Assembly: GCA_036172245.1 (NCBI GenBank)
Contig: JAYWIR010000036.1
Span: forward strand, 1,302,001 to 1,366,000
From: Raillietiella orientalis
Taxonomy: Eukaryota
Length of the DNA: 64,000 bases
Direction: 5' to 3'
The position numbers were made by a program, and so were the translations under genes. The notes below the pieces were generated by a model. It saw only the letters and a program-made list of their open reading frames with translations, was not told the DNA's origin and did no database searches. This document shows positions 36,553 to 49,540 of the stretch, one piece after another; position 1 is the stretch's first letter; every line of letters begins with the position of its first letter.

Positions 36553-39500
36553 TTCCCTTTCGAAGACACGAGAGCATGCTGGAAGGTGCATGTGCAAAAG
36601 AAAGAATCCTCCAGAAGGTCTCTGGTGCGCTATGTGGGCGGCGCGGAAGAGCTCGACCTACTCGGAATGAGGGAATGTTCTTCAGTGGATTGGAGAACGC
36701 GAAAACCATCTCGATGCGATGCTCAGTGGCTGTTGGGACCACGATCTTCTGGGAGTTCTCCGGTGGAACGTGGAACGAGTGCAAGACAAGCTGGAGTCCA
36801 CGGGGGAGACCTCAGCTGCTCCCTCCGGCAACAGGAAAGAACGGCGTCTCGGGACCAGGAATTCAAGAGCCCCTGTTTCGCGGAACCATCATCGAAAGAG
36901 CGAACCAAGAATTCCAGGAGGGCGAGGTCGAAGCAAGGTCGAAGGAATTTTTCCTCCCAAGGTGGTGGTGGTGCCGATTTCGACACAGGGGCGTCTTGAG
37001 GAAGCTCGGTCGACGAAGCCATGTCGCTGCTGCCAGCAGGAAGTTCCTGCGGACAAAGGAGGAGGCGACTAAAATGAGGAAGAAGACAATGCGCCAGCAG
37101 CGTTTCTTCCGCCGCTCTCAGCCTCGATGCCATTGGGGAAGGGCGCGAGGGCCCCGGCAAATTCATGAGTCGCCCGTCCTCCGTATAGCTGTGCGCACCA
37201 ACGTGTTGCAGTGCCCTTTGGCGGTGTGCCACCTCCGCTGCTGCGTGGAGGCTCAAATTAGCGCCGCACGCCACGGCAGTTACTGAAATTCCGGTTCCAA
37301 AAAAAATGGCCTCCGATATGAGAAGATAAGAGCAGAACAAGAACAGCGCCCTGGAAACAGAGAAAAGCAGCAGGAATGAGAGATTAAGGGAACGGGAAAT
37401 GGGACATTTCCATGCAGAGCCGCTGCGTCTGGAGTCCCATGGTGAAGCAGCAGGAGAAGCCACACTGTCAAGTTCCGGGAAGAAGAGAGTGAAGAACCGG
37501 GACGAACTTGGGAACTTTCGGGCTTCCTTCCAGGAGTCTCCACGAGAACCAGAAGTGAAGGAAGGAGGCTCAGGGCAGACAGGAACGAAGAGCACCATGC
37601 CGATGGTGACAGAGTGAGGCGAGGACCGCTCTGGGTTGAAGGCGTTCGCGGCGCATCTCAACTCCACATATAATCCGGGATGCTTCCATTCAGGAAGAGA
37701 GGGAGAGATTCATCGCGAAGGATGAGGAGCAGAACCGATCCTGCGAGATCCCTGCCGAATGCAAGTTGGCTGGGGATCAGCAAGGGCCCAGGAGGATGGA
37801 AACTGCGCAGGATCGCAGATCTTCGGGTGGAGAGCGCAGCCGAAAGCTCTCCGGCGACGAGGCCTTCGAGAGTAACCGCATCCTCCTGCCGGAAGCCGAG
37901 ACCAAGCTTTCTCCGAGCGACACTTCCGGTCTGCTCTGCGAGACACTTTGCTCTCTTCGGAAGGGCAGGGAAGAACAATAGAGTAGAAGGAGGGACGCCT
38001 CGTCCCAGGGCACGACCACCCCGCGACTTCCCGGATCGGAGCAGCGCGGCAACGGAAGAAGGGAATCTCGTAGTCCGTGTCCTCAGGAGCATACTCAGGC
38101 ACGCGCAGTCCAAGACAGCGGGAGAGACTCAGACCTGGGAGCTCTACAGATATTGCCGAGGTCAGGAGCGAAGCTGGGAACCGCTTCTCTCATCCCTCGT
38201 GCGTCTCCGCTCTCTCAAACGCACCCCCGGGCACCTTCGATCGGAAGCTCGACGGCTGCTCGCTTCGTCATAGCAGCCCCGCGGGTCTCTTATCTCCGAT
38301 GTATACCTCGGCTTTGCCAATCCGATCCTCCGGAGCTCGAGCCGAAGGCAGCTGCGAGGGAAGCTGGGAGGTCCTTCGATTAGATAGCGATGCCTCACGT
38401 GGGATGAGGAGCTTCCGCACGCTTTGAGTCATTGCCTGTGACTCTCTCTCGGCGGCGTGCCAGCTGGAGCGCGAGACTCGGACTGGGCTAATCAGTAAGG
38501 TTACCTGTGGAAGACCCGGAAATGGATCTGACGAGTAAAGCAGTGGAGTTCCGGAAGTCGGCTAGCAGCGGCCGCACCCGGCGCCTCACGCCACTGCCCC
38601 ATGACCTCCAGTCGCGGAGATGACCACACTGGGAAACACAGAGAGGTTAAGAGAGAGAGGCTGTTCGTCTCCTACCCTCATTTCTTAAGTGGGGTTTAGC
38701 GCCCCAGCTCTAGCGACTCAGATCATGATGCGCCCTTAGAACATTAGGCTCCGCGACCCGCCTGCTCATCAGATGCAACGGGCCAAGAATTCCTCCAGCG
38801 TGTAGCGCAGTAAGGACCAACTTGCCCTTGCGGAAGTGGGGCAACCCTTTTCCGCAAGGGATGACCCGAAAAAGCGTCAGATCTGCCCGGAGTCGTCAAA
38901 AGTATGGTTGGAGAACCCAACCGGAAGATTGACGCAATGGGGAGGAAACTCAAATCGTCCACCGTCGCTAAGCATGGTCGCATCCCACCTTTGTTTAGAC
39001 CAATAAAGTCATCTACCCTCGGGTTTCCTGGATACAGAAGACTTGCAAAACGCCAACTGCAGCTCCTACTTCTTGCCAAAAACGGTCAAGTGCGTTCGCT
39101 CATGGCTCCGAAACACCGTACCATCCAGTGGCCAGTGCAGCAAACTACTCTTCCAAACCGAACGGAATGCCTTCATACATGTAGCCATCTTCTTTTCGCG
39201 GTCACGCTGACCTGCAATACTCCACGACTGCGTCCACCACTCCCTACTACGACAGACCCATTTCTCAGCCACAGCTGCCGCCAGCTTCAGCCCCCCCCCC
39301 CTTCGAGCCACGCTGAACTCTTCCTCATTCTTTAACCGAGCTACAGTGCGCCCACAGCACGAGGACCACTGCAAAGGGAGAACGTTGACCGACCTGAGGG
39401 CAGTCAAAAGTCTCCTCGAACAAGAAGAATTTCCTCCTCGAAAAGCGCCCAACCGACAAAGGGACTCCTGAGCGGTGTGTTTCCAGCCAAAGATGCCCCC

Positions 39501-39599
39501 CTTCTTCCCCTTCTTCCGAACAGGCAATGTGAGGACCGGGCGCGCCCCTCGCCGTTGCCCTCGCCCGCACCGCGGACGATCCGTTCGACGGGACGCGGA

Positions 39600-42550
39600 T
39601 CGCCGACACGCAGTAACGCCGACGAACCCCATCGGCCATCCGCTCTCTCTCATCCCGTGATCGCGTCGCGGATGCCCTCTACGAGAGGAGGCCTCCGCGC
39701 CGCCAGCGGGCCGGCAGAGGAGAACGCAACCGCACCCCGCGACTCCTCCTTTCCACTCGCCCGCAAGGGGCGAAGGCGCCGCACCATAGGGAGGTGGCCG
39801 AGTGGCGCATGCGCGCGCTCCTGTGCCCTCCGAATTCGCACGCGACCTTCCTGTGCGCGGGCGACGCGCGCTGGAAGGCACACGAGCGGGACGGATGGAG
39901 ACCGAGAGGCAGCCGTCGGGGAGACGCTGGCATTCCCACGCCGCCTGACGCAGGACGAGCGACCTGGGAGTGGGCGCGCACCCAAGACGCTCGTCCATGC
40001 GAAGTTGAGGCGGGGAGAACTGACGTCATGCCGGGCCTGGAGGCGCGCGCTCCTTTCCGGCAGCGGCCTATCCTGGACGGTTCCATCTGCCCGCACGCAA
40101 TCCCGCGACGTGAGTCCCCGCAGCTAGGCCACAAGCGCTCCAGGCGGAGTAGACCGACATCTCCTCTTTCCCATCTGGGGGGGGGGGAGGGAAGAAGGGA
40201 GGAAATCCACGGATCATGCTGGTTCCACAGCACAGAGCCCTGGGTCGCCTGGAATCCCGTGGATTCCTGCAACTCCCGAGCTGACCCTATACGCTCCGCG
40301 CTGACCTTAGCACGCGTCGACCCCTTCCCCCCCCGGTGCCCTCCCTCGGAGTTCTCCCTTGGAGCCCGCAAGAAGAGCAGGCGGCGGGTCCCTCTGCGAC
40401 GCGGAGGGCGGTGACCAGGCGGATCAGGGGGGGCACGCAAGGATGTGGTGTCCGGAGTCTCGGGAGACGACCCAGGGTCTTCGAGGGTGGGGGAATTGTC
40501 CCGTTGTCCCGTCCTTCAGCTGCGCATCCGGCCGACCGCCGCCTCGCCGGGGTGGAGCAGCGGCCCGACCCAAGAAGCGCCACTCCCAGCGAATGCGCGC
40601 GGTCCACTCCTATTTCCCGCCCTCCCTCCCGCACGTGGGACGCTCCGGGGGCACCTTCTCCGCTAGGCGACGCCACTGTCCTGGAAGGGTCGTCGTCGCT
40701 CACGCCTTCGGGCCCACCGGTGGCCTCGTCCCGTCGCCGCCCACATCTCCCCCGGCGGCCGGCGGAAGCAGCGGCGTGAGTTGCCGGCTTGCTCCAGAGA
40801 GGACGCCGGTCGCACCAGTAGGCGGTGGCCGCGGGAAGCGTGGCGCGCTCGGCTGCCCGGGAGGTCGGCGCGACGCCACGTCAAGCCCTGGCGTTCCTTC
40901 TCGCGGGTGATCCCCGCAGCATTCCCAGAGCCTGGAAGCCGTCGCAGGACGGTAATGACGACCCGAGGGTCCTCCCGCGGGAGGCGTCGGGCATGGCGGT
41001 GACGAAGGGGGCTGGGGGAGACGGACGGGTGGCGCTGCCCAGCCTGCCTCCCATTCGCCGCTCCGAGCTCTTCTGCGATGGCCGCCGCGAACCCTCCTGC
41101 CCGGCAGAGGATTCCCGGAAGAAAGTCTTCTTGGGACTCGTAGGCCGCGCGCGGGGGCGCCATGGACGGTACAGTCCTCCGGCGCTGCTGGCGCGGGCTG
41201 CTCGCTGGGGAAGGGGCGCACCGTCAGTGTCTGGGAGGGCAGCCGACCTGCCCTGCTCCGCTTGTCAAAAGAGTGGCAGGGCGACCCGGAGCTCTTCCTG
41301 CAGCTTCCCGCTGGAACGGAGGCGTAGCTGCTCCTGCCCTTCCCACAGGGCGCGTGTCCAGCAGCGGCTCTGTTGCTTTCATCGCTGGCGCTCCCGAGAT
41401 GCTAGAGAAGTTTCCCAGCCAGAGAGAAGGTTGGAGCCAGCCGCCGTCCGGGAGCGTTCGCGGAGGTCCCAGCGCTGTTACAACGGGGCTGTCCACAGCT
41501 GCCCTCCTGCTGGAAGCCTTAGGAACTGCTGGTCCCCACCTGCAAGTTCCTGAGTCGAACCGCCGACCTCAATTGTTTCGGAAGAGACAGTTTCTTTGCG
41601 GGGCATCCCGCAGCTCCCGGGGCCTCCCTGAGGGAAAATCGCGTCCCTCGGAGGTTTTCTTCAGGGAGGCACCCCATGCGGGGAACACCCCAGAGCTGGC
41701 CATCCGAGGAACGCGTCTTCTCTGCCCCTCCCCGCTACAGCGGCCGCCAGCAGAGGCAGGCCAGCAGGGTTCTCCTGCCGATAGATGCCTTCCGCTTTCC
41801 CGGAGACTGCGCGAGGACGTCGCGTTTCCATACTCCTGGAGTCTCCCCGGTTCCCTGGAAACCTCTTATCCTCGGGCGAGCCTTCGATCTTCCCCTTGGA
41901 GCCTTCCGCTCAATAATTGGCTTTCAGTTCCGTGCGGCCGATCCCGGCTCTCCCCTGCTCATCGCGCCCCGGATTCCCATGGGGATCTTCCTGCCTCCTT
42001 CCCCCTCCCCACTCCTTCCTCTTCCCTTCGTCCTCCTCCCGCCCGCAGAGCTACAGGCGCTGGTGCATCCCTCCTGGCAACCCAGACGCCCTCCTCCAGC
42101 ATCCGTTCCACATAAGCACATGCGCGTCCCGCGCAGTCTCCTCTCCTCGCTCCCAGGTCCGGACGCGTCCTGCCTGGAACCGCACCTCCCGTCCTGGAGA
42201 GCTCTCAAGTAACTCCGCGTGCGAAAGGACGCCGTGCAGCATCCGCGCTGCGAAGGACCGCGAAAGTCTTCCTGTGTAGAGAGAGAACGAAGGGGAACGC
42301 AGCCTCCCTCAGGGCCGCCTATCTCCAGGCGTACCCGAGTGGGTCCCCAGCGCCTCCTGGAGGGAAGCATTTAGCGCTATGGAGTGCAGATTTGCAAATC
42401 GCCCGACGAGAGGCGTCCCGACTACCTGCCTCCGGTCTCGCGTCACCTTCCCATGGGACTTCATGCGCCCCAGGGCCAGGTCAACGCTCTCCCCGCCGCC
42501 CGTACCACGTGTTGAGGCGACGGGCGCCACAGGGTAGGACTAGAGAGCCA
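39600..42550 (+). mobile_element. Decayed, very GC-rich L1/Tx1-like ORF2
   Basis: FLCAGD (~39848, cf. GDFN); ORF 40825-41553 reads GDPRSIPRAWKPSQDGNDDPRVL..VALPSL..FCDGR, colinear with KGDxxxxxxWRPISLLNxDxKIL..VLPxL..FxxGR of L1-clade RT. Confidence 0.6.
39873..41040 (+). repeat. Left arm of near-perfect ~1.17-kb inverted repeat
   Basis: Reverse complement of 42696-43862; mirrored identical ORFs (40287-40703 - = 43033-43449 +; 40359-40910 + = 42826-43377 -). Confidence 0.97.
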
Positions 42551-42695
42551 CTCGCCCAACCTCACTTCCAGTAACACGCTCAAGAGGTGAAAGGAGAGGT
42601 CAGACCCCCATTTGAATGCCTCCTAGGGCATGCCCCCGGATTCCCGAAGAGGAGGTAGTGTGGACAGGCAAGCAGACGCGAAGACCTTCCGGGCG

Positions 42696-43862
42696 GGGCA
42701 GCGCCGCCCGTCCGTCTCCCCCAGCCCCCTTCGTCACCGCCATGCCCGACGCCTCCCGCGGGAGGACCCTCGGGTCGTCATTACCGTCCTGCGACGGCTT
42801 CCAGGCTCTGGGAATGCTGCGGGGATCACCCGCGAGAAGGAACGCCAGGGCTTGACGTGGCGTCGCGCCGACCTCCCGGGCAGCCGAGCGCGCCACGCTT
42901 CCCGCGGCCACCGCCTACTGGTGCGACCGGCGTCCTCTCTGGAGCAAGCCGGCAACTCACGCCGCTGCTTCCGCCGGCCGCCGGGGGAGATGTGGGCGGC
43001 GACGGGACGAGGCCACCGGTGGGCCCGAAGGCGTGAGCGACGACGACCCTTCCAGGACAGTGGCGTCGCCTAGCGGAGAAGGTGCCCCCGGAGCGTCCCA
43101 CGTGCGGGAGGGAGGGCGGGAAATAGGAGTGGACCGCGCGCATTCGCTGGGAGTGGCGCTTCTTGGGTCGGGCCGCTGCTCCACCCCGGCGAGGCGGCGG
43201 TCGGCCGGATGCGCAGCTGAAGGACGGGACAACGGGACAATTCCCCCACCCTCGAAGACCCTGGGTCGTCTCCCGAGACTCCGGACACCACATCCTTGCG
43301 TGCCCCCCCTGATCCGCCTGGTCACCGCCCTCCGCGTCGCAGAGGGACCCGCCGCCTGCTCTTCTTGCGGGCTCCAAGGGAGAACTCCGAGGGAGGGCAC
43401 CGGGGGGGGAAGGGGTCGACGCGTGCTAAGGTCAGCGCGGAGCGTATAGGGTCAGCTCGGGAGTTGCAGGAATCCACGGGATTCCAGGCGACCCAGGGCT
43501 CTGTGCTGTGGAACCAGCATGATCCGTGGATTTCCTCCCTTCTTCCCTCCCCCCCCCCAGATGGGAAAGAGGAGATGTCGGTCTACTCCGCCTGGAGCGC
43601 TTGTGGCCTAGCTGCGGGGACTCACGTCGCGGGATTGCGTGCGGGCAGATGGAACCGTCCAGGATAGGCCGCTGCCGGAAAGGAGCGCGCGCCTCCAGGC
43701 CCGGCATGACGTCAGTTCTCCCCGCCTCAACTTCGCATGGACGAGCGTCTTGGGTGCGCGCCCACTCCCAGGTCGCTCGTCCTGCGTCAGGCGGCGTGGG
43801 AATGCCAGCGTCTCCCCGACGGCTGCCTCTCGGTCTCCATCCGTCCCGCTCGTGTGCCTTCC
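42696..43862 (-). repeat. Right arm of near-perfect ~1.17-kb inverted repeat
   Basis: Differences seen: G11 vs C10 homopolymer (about 40177-40187 vs 43549-43558) and one substitution (41030 vs 42706). Confidence 0.97.
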
Positions 43863-44820
43863 GGCGCCTCTGGTATGCTCGGTAGGCGGCTGAGGAGCTC
43901 AGGCAGGCCGCAGGGGACATTCGAGGAGCGGCTGCATCCTTCACATGCTGCCACAGGCTTCGAGGGCGGACCCCCCGATGATTTCTGGCGGGCCAGGGGC
44001 GGAGCGTCGGGCAGGGCTGGTCGCACACTTCGGCGCTCTCTCTGGAGAGGCGTTCCCCTCCTCCACCGCAGGCTGCCCGCAGGTTTCGAGCAGGGAGGTC
44101 TTCAGAGTCGTGGCCTTCTCTCGGCGGGCAGTGGCGGGGGCGCATCGCCGAGAGGCAGACCTGACAGTGTGGAGCAGCCCACCTGCTGGACACGCTAGGT
44201 GAGGCTCTCTCGGACTCCGATCGTTGGCGCTCCTGAAGGATGCCGCTCCGCAGCTGTTGCCTCCACGCCGCCCCTCCGTCTGGGAAAAGCAACGCAATGG
44301 AATCGGCTGGGTCCTTCAAGATAGACGGAGTTCTTCGTGTCGCAGGGAACGTCAGGGACGAGGGACGATCCTTCGAACTTTGTCTGGCCGGAGTGCCCAG
44401 GGTATGCATCTGTGCAGCATCCGTGGAGAAGCCGCACGTCCATCCAAATTCCGTTGGAGAAACAAGCCTAACATCGCCACAGAAGAAACTCCCTTCCAGT
44501 CCGGCGATCTCTTCCATCTTCCAGGCGAAGTCTGGACGAACTAGTTTCCTGCAGCGTGCGACTTTTATCTTTCCAGTCATTCCTCTCTCACCCTCTTTGA
44601 CGAAGGAAGCCCTGGTTTGTGCTCTTCCTGAGACACCCGCAGTAGCCCTTCGAGAAAGGGCCAAAGACCTAGGAGGTGACCTTGAACCCTGCTTAATATT
44701 TACCAACGAATGAATTCCTGCCCCGAGAACAACCCACTGGGACGTGCTCTTGATCACCAAGGAAGAGGCAGAGTCACACTTCCTCAACAGGCAGTGCAAT
44801 CCGCCGTGTTCCACTACCAC
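43863..44820 (-). mobile_element. Decayed gag/ORF1-like region
   Basis: The 462-aa minus ORF contains HCQVCLSAMRPRHCP, a degenerate CX2C..CP zinc knuckle (~44127-44170). Confidence 0.4.
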
Positions 44821-46259
44821 ACAGAGGCCAGGAAGGAAGGTATCCAGAAGCCACTAGCATCCTCCCGCAGAGTTTGACTTTCAATCCCGGGTCGGCATTG
44901 CGTCCGGCACTCGAAAGAGTCGTCATCCTCCGCGCGTCGGTTGTTTCCGCCCTTGCAGAGCCTTCAGTGCCATCCTGGAAGAACGACCTAAGACTGCCCA
45001 TCAAGTCGCAGTCCAGCGTCCATTTCCCAAGACCTCGGTAGCCATGGGCAGGACGACCGAATCCGCTCGTATGCCTGCTCCCGGAAGGCGAGCTCTTCCT
45101 TAGCGTGTGGTGGCTCCTGGCAGCCGCCTTCACGGACCGGGAAGAGTCTTCCTGGAAGTTGCTGCGGCGGTCCTTTTTGCACCGCAAGGACGCTCAACCG
45201 CCGGACCTCCTCTGGTACCGAAGGGGCGAAGCCCTGGTGGTCGGCGCAGATAGCCACCACCCCCGGAGCTGTCTTCCGGGTTAGCTGGGACAGCGGATGG
45301 AGTGTGCCGGCACGTGGTCAGCCTCACTCCGAAGGGAAAGAGATTCCGGGCCCAAGAGGGCTGCTGACAGGCGCCACCACACTCTAAGGAATATCTCACT
45401 TTCCAGGAGCAAGCGCCGGACCGGAGTCATAGAATCCTTCCTAGCAGCGTCCGCGACCCTCCACGATGTGCGCCTCAGGCAACGCCGGGAGGCTCTCGTT
45501 CTCTTCACCCCATTAGGGAGGAGGAGGGCGGCGGGATGGCGTCGCCTTCTAGAAATCCGGGAAGATGCAGGCTGCCTTGCAGGCAGGCCGTAAGGAAGAC
45601 TTCTCCTTTACGTCCTCACCTGGGGCAATCAGGCCCTTCCCCTGGTGACTCCCCCTTTTCTCTCACCCTGGGCAACTCTTCCTTCTCTTTTGCTTTCCCA
45701 TTTTGTTTCCTGCCCACTGCCCCATATGCTGTGGGGCAGTGGGCCCTCCCATTTTTTTTTTTTTCTGCCTGGGGCCACCTGTCAGTCGTGTCGGCGTAGC
45801 CCTCGGCTGCGTTGTTGCGTTCTGCTCATAAATCTCAGCGAGCACCTCGGAATAACCCTTTCACCTGGGATTTCTGGATTCGGGACGAATAAACAAGAGG
45901 CAAATCCAGCTGGAGACCGACATTCCACGACTCGAAAGGAACCGGATTGACCCTCATCGACAGAGAGGGTGGCGGACGGGTGGACGAAAAGGAAGGGTGC
46001 GAAGAAGGGAACGGCAAAACTGCGCATCAGCTCTCTGGCGCGAAACGAGCAGGGGTCACCGGACGGACGGACCACTCTTCCCTCGGATGGAGAAAGAACC
46101 CAGGGCAGCTCCCGGGCAAGTCAGAGAATCTCCTTTCGCTGGAGCCTTCAGGGAAAACCAGTCTGCGCCCACCGAGGAACGAGAATCCAGGATCTGAGTC
46201 GGTCTCGAGGCATCCCTCTTTCGACCTCGATGCCTTCGGCGAGCGGACCTCTGAAAGGG

Positions 46260-46890
46260 GCGGCTCGCGCTGACGGCGACCGGGCGGCTGTGGCGGTCTC
46301 TGCGGTGGGTGTTACGGGTTCGAATCCTGCCCGGGGCGAAGCATCGACGTCGAGAAAGGGGAGTGCGTAGATGGCTTCGATTACCCCCCCCCCCCAGCAG
46401 TATGACCCTGGCTGGCAGCAATCAAAGGCATGCCCTGACGGAAGCCAGAAGCCCCCGTCAACTGACTGGGATTGGAAGTTGACCTTCCGTGGTCATTCCA
46501 GGACATCAACGAGTCCTTCGGGGGTGTTCCCCTCCGCGCGATGGAGCTGGCGAATATCCCCCTCTGGGAATGCCTCTCCAAGTGTCAAGAGGAGCGCTAC
46601 TCCCTTCGGAGAGCGCCCTTCAGAGGAGGAAATAAGGAGTGGTTTCCTTGCGGGTTCTCATCAGGGAAAAAATCCAGGAGCGACCCCCACAAACTGGGGG
46701 ATTCCTCCGGAGAGAATAAGGAAGAAGTGGTTCCCTTCGGGATTCCCTACCAAGCGTAAGAGGAGCAGATCCTTCCTCCGGAGCCTTCCTGGATTCATAG
46801 TGTGGTTCCCTCCCGCAGTCACCCCTATAACTGGAAGTCACAAGCACCCTCGGATGGCGTGGACGGTGCTTCAAGAGCTCTGTGAGCGCT
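46260..46890 (+). mobile_element. SINE-like family copy S3 (head type A)
   Basis: Perfect B box GGTTCGAATCC at 46317-46327; 46317-46349 matches the reverse complement of 56997-57029 at 31/33; body shared with the other copies (CCTGGATTCATAG.GTGGT.CC at ~46788). Confidence 0.85.
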
Positions 46891-46949
46891 TCTTCCTCCC
46901 CTCCTCCTCCTCATCGTAGGGAGGCGAACGGTCCTTCAGCACCCTTGAG

Positions 46950-47800
46950 AAGCAAAAAGGTAAAAGGGATGGCAGCTTCCACTTTGCGACGCGGAGAGCG
47001 CAGGCAGCCGGCCGAGGAGGCAGCCGGCCAACAGCCTGAGAAGGAGCTGCCGAGCGGCTCAGTCAAAATCCCATAGACGCCGGCTGCCTATTCCCTCCCC
47101 CCCAATTCCCCCCTCCTTCCTCATCGGCTGAAACGCCGCGCGCGCGCACCCTCCACTCCGTTCTCGCGCTCTGCTCCGAGGCAGTCGCGGCTTCTTCCCT
47201 CCGCAGCCCGAACCGGTGACACTCGTGGCTTGAACAGAGAATGCGTAGGTCTTCCCGGGCTGCCTGTGGGTCCCGTCACCTGTTCCATTCGCGCGCTCCA
47301 GCCCGGGGAGCACCCTAACTTCCTCATTTGTGTGCGTGGGGGGGGGGGGGAGGGACAGTCCGGCCGCGCCGCCCGGGCAGTGCGCACCTCCCTCTTCGGC
47401 AGGAGGCGAACCGCGGCGGTTCAGGAAAGGGACGGCACCTGAGCTGCCTCCCGGATCAGCAGCGCCAGCTCCGCCGCAGGGAGTCCCGAGAACTCCAAGG
47501 GCAGCCTGTCTGCACTCGGGCAGCTTTGCCTTTCGGTCCGCCGGCGGTGAGGGGCATCGTCCGGTCGTCTGAATGACTCTTCGGGCAGCGAGTCCGTGGC
47601 GGTGGTCTCGAGGAGCCGCGTGGAGCAGTCTACGTCGGGAGATGCGCAAGGAGGGGGGAGGGGGTGAGGACGGCGATGCTTCTTCCTTTGCGGCTTCGGC
47701 AGGATGCGCGCGCTCGACCGTCGGGGTGTGGCAGGCCGGCTGCTCCCGACCGTTGAGTTCCTCCACGCGGCTTCCTCTGCCAGACGCCTGACGTCGGAGC
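46950..47800 (-). mobile_element. Decayed RT core fragment
   Basis: Minus-strand AGACAGGCTGCCCTTGGAGT (~47492-47511) is one base short of RQGCPxS. Confidence 0.35.
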
Positions 47801-47912
47801 GCCAAAAGATGCGGTTCGGGGGGAGGGGAGAGCAGCAGGCTGCCCTGCGTTCCTGCCCTCCGGAGAAGCCTTCTGGGAGGAGACGCAGAGGATTGTACGG
47901 AATTATCGGGTT

Positions 47913-48784
47913 CGACCGAAATCCCGAAAGGTCATCAAAAACAAACGCGTGCTCATCCCGCCGCACGGGTCAACATGCAAATCTGCTTTGGCAGCATCGG
48001 TATTATTTATTATTGATGATATTAATGCTATTTTGACGTGTGTATTTAATAGGGTTCATTTACATTTCATTAATATAATAAATAAATCGTTACTTATATT
48101 GTTGATATATATATATATATATATATATATAGAAAGATTTAAAACATAAATATGTATGCTGACTATGTATGAATATATACAAATGTGTATCAGTATATTC
48201 ATTTATCTGTCAATACATGTATCAGTGTATGTCTGAATATATGCATGTGTATATCAATATATGTATCAACATATAAATATATTTATATAAAAATTAATAA
48301 ATGCATTAATATACGTTACAAGAGTATAAATAAACACGCATATGCTTATAATATATATCGGTATGTATATTTATATATGGCTAACATATAGTATGAAGAT
48401 TATAAAAATAAATAATTATTTATTTCTTGTATTTTTATGTGTACTATCCGGAATGTGTGTGCATATTTATGTATATTTCATTAAGTGCACACAAACACAG
48501 ACATGTATGTGTGCGTGTGTGCATATATATACATGTACATGCACATTATATATATAAAATGTGCACAAATATAAATATAAATATGTATCTACATACATAG
48601 ATAAATAGATAGGTGTGCACATATATAATCCATAAATGTATACACAAAATGTATATAGAATGGAAATAGATACATAGAAAATATGTATCTATTTTCATTA
48701 TATGTGTGTGTATGCGTGTATGTATAATATATAATGTATATAGAAGTGTGAATAGATACATATATGCATGGAAATATGTATACA

Positions 48785-48877
<93 letters not shown>

Positions 48878-49540
48878 GTGCGCTTGCGCATCAACATATA
48901 TATATATGGCATATATATATAGGCACATATATATAGTTATATATACATGTTACTAACAGTAATATTACTAGATATACATATAAATATATGTGTGTATGTA
49001 CTCATACATATATTTATACACGCACATACATATGGATGCATATAAATACATATATTCATATGCATAACCATATGTTGGGTTGATTCTGTGACAGCTAAAA
49101 GTAGTGCAAAAGATGAAAGAGGAAACATGAAAAAAACAGAAAAAATGTGAATGGAAACGTGAAGGACATATAAGCTATATATGTATTTATTATAATCTTT
49201 GATATATGTATATTAATCATATATTGATGTTCCACAAATATATAAACATGTGTATTAATATGTATATATTCAGCATGCATATTTATGTTTTATACTCGTT
49301 CACACATATGTGTGTATATATACACATATATCAATACATATATCAAGAATGATTAAGTCCATTAATAAAATGTATTTCAATCAACCTTGATAAATACATA
49401 TGTTCCAGTCATATTACTGTTAATGTTGTGTATGCTAATAAAGATGAATAGCAATGTACATTAAAATAAATTTGCATGCGAATCCACGTGGAATGAGCAA
49501 CGTGCGTGCGCTTCTGATGATCTTCCGGGATTTCGGCGCC
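47913..49540. mobile_element. Foldback-like element E2, same family as E1
   Basis: 47916-47937 CCGAAATCCCGAAAGGTCATCA vs reverse complement of 49515-49536 CCGAAATCCCGGAAGATCATCA (20/22). Inverted similarity continues over 150 bp inward (GCTCAT..CATGCAAAT..TGTATTTA..GGTT.ATT..TACATTT.ATTAAT); the terminal motif resembles that of E1. Confidence 0.75.
48787..48880. repeat. Compound (TA)n(TG)n microsatellite near the middle of E2
   Basis: Direct reading. Confidence 0.95.

Larger units (their letters stand above)
32200..39350 (-). mobile_element. Stack of decayed L1/Tx1-like fragments on the minus strand
   Basis: Knuckle remnants (CFRRLRPSRGCALCG ~32375-32420; HTAKGHC ~37205-37230; QGQVGPYC ~38810), endonuclease remnants (GIHVLV ~36320-36340), RT remnant EIRRPLLSL (~34625-34655, cf. 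GxRQGCPLSP). Probably several nested copies. Confidence 0.45.

Noticed and set aside
43432..44820. 462-aa ORF as an intact gene
   Set aside because: It is a chimera of a decayed gag-like region and the duplicated arm; motifs are degenerate.
48185..49280. Tyr/Ile/His/Cys/Val-rich ORFs
   Set aside because: These are translations of TA/TG simple repeats.
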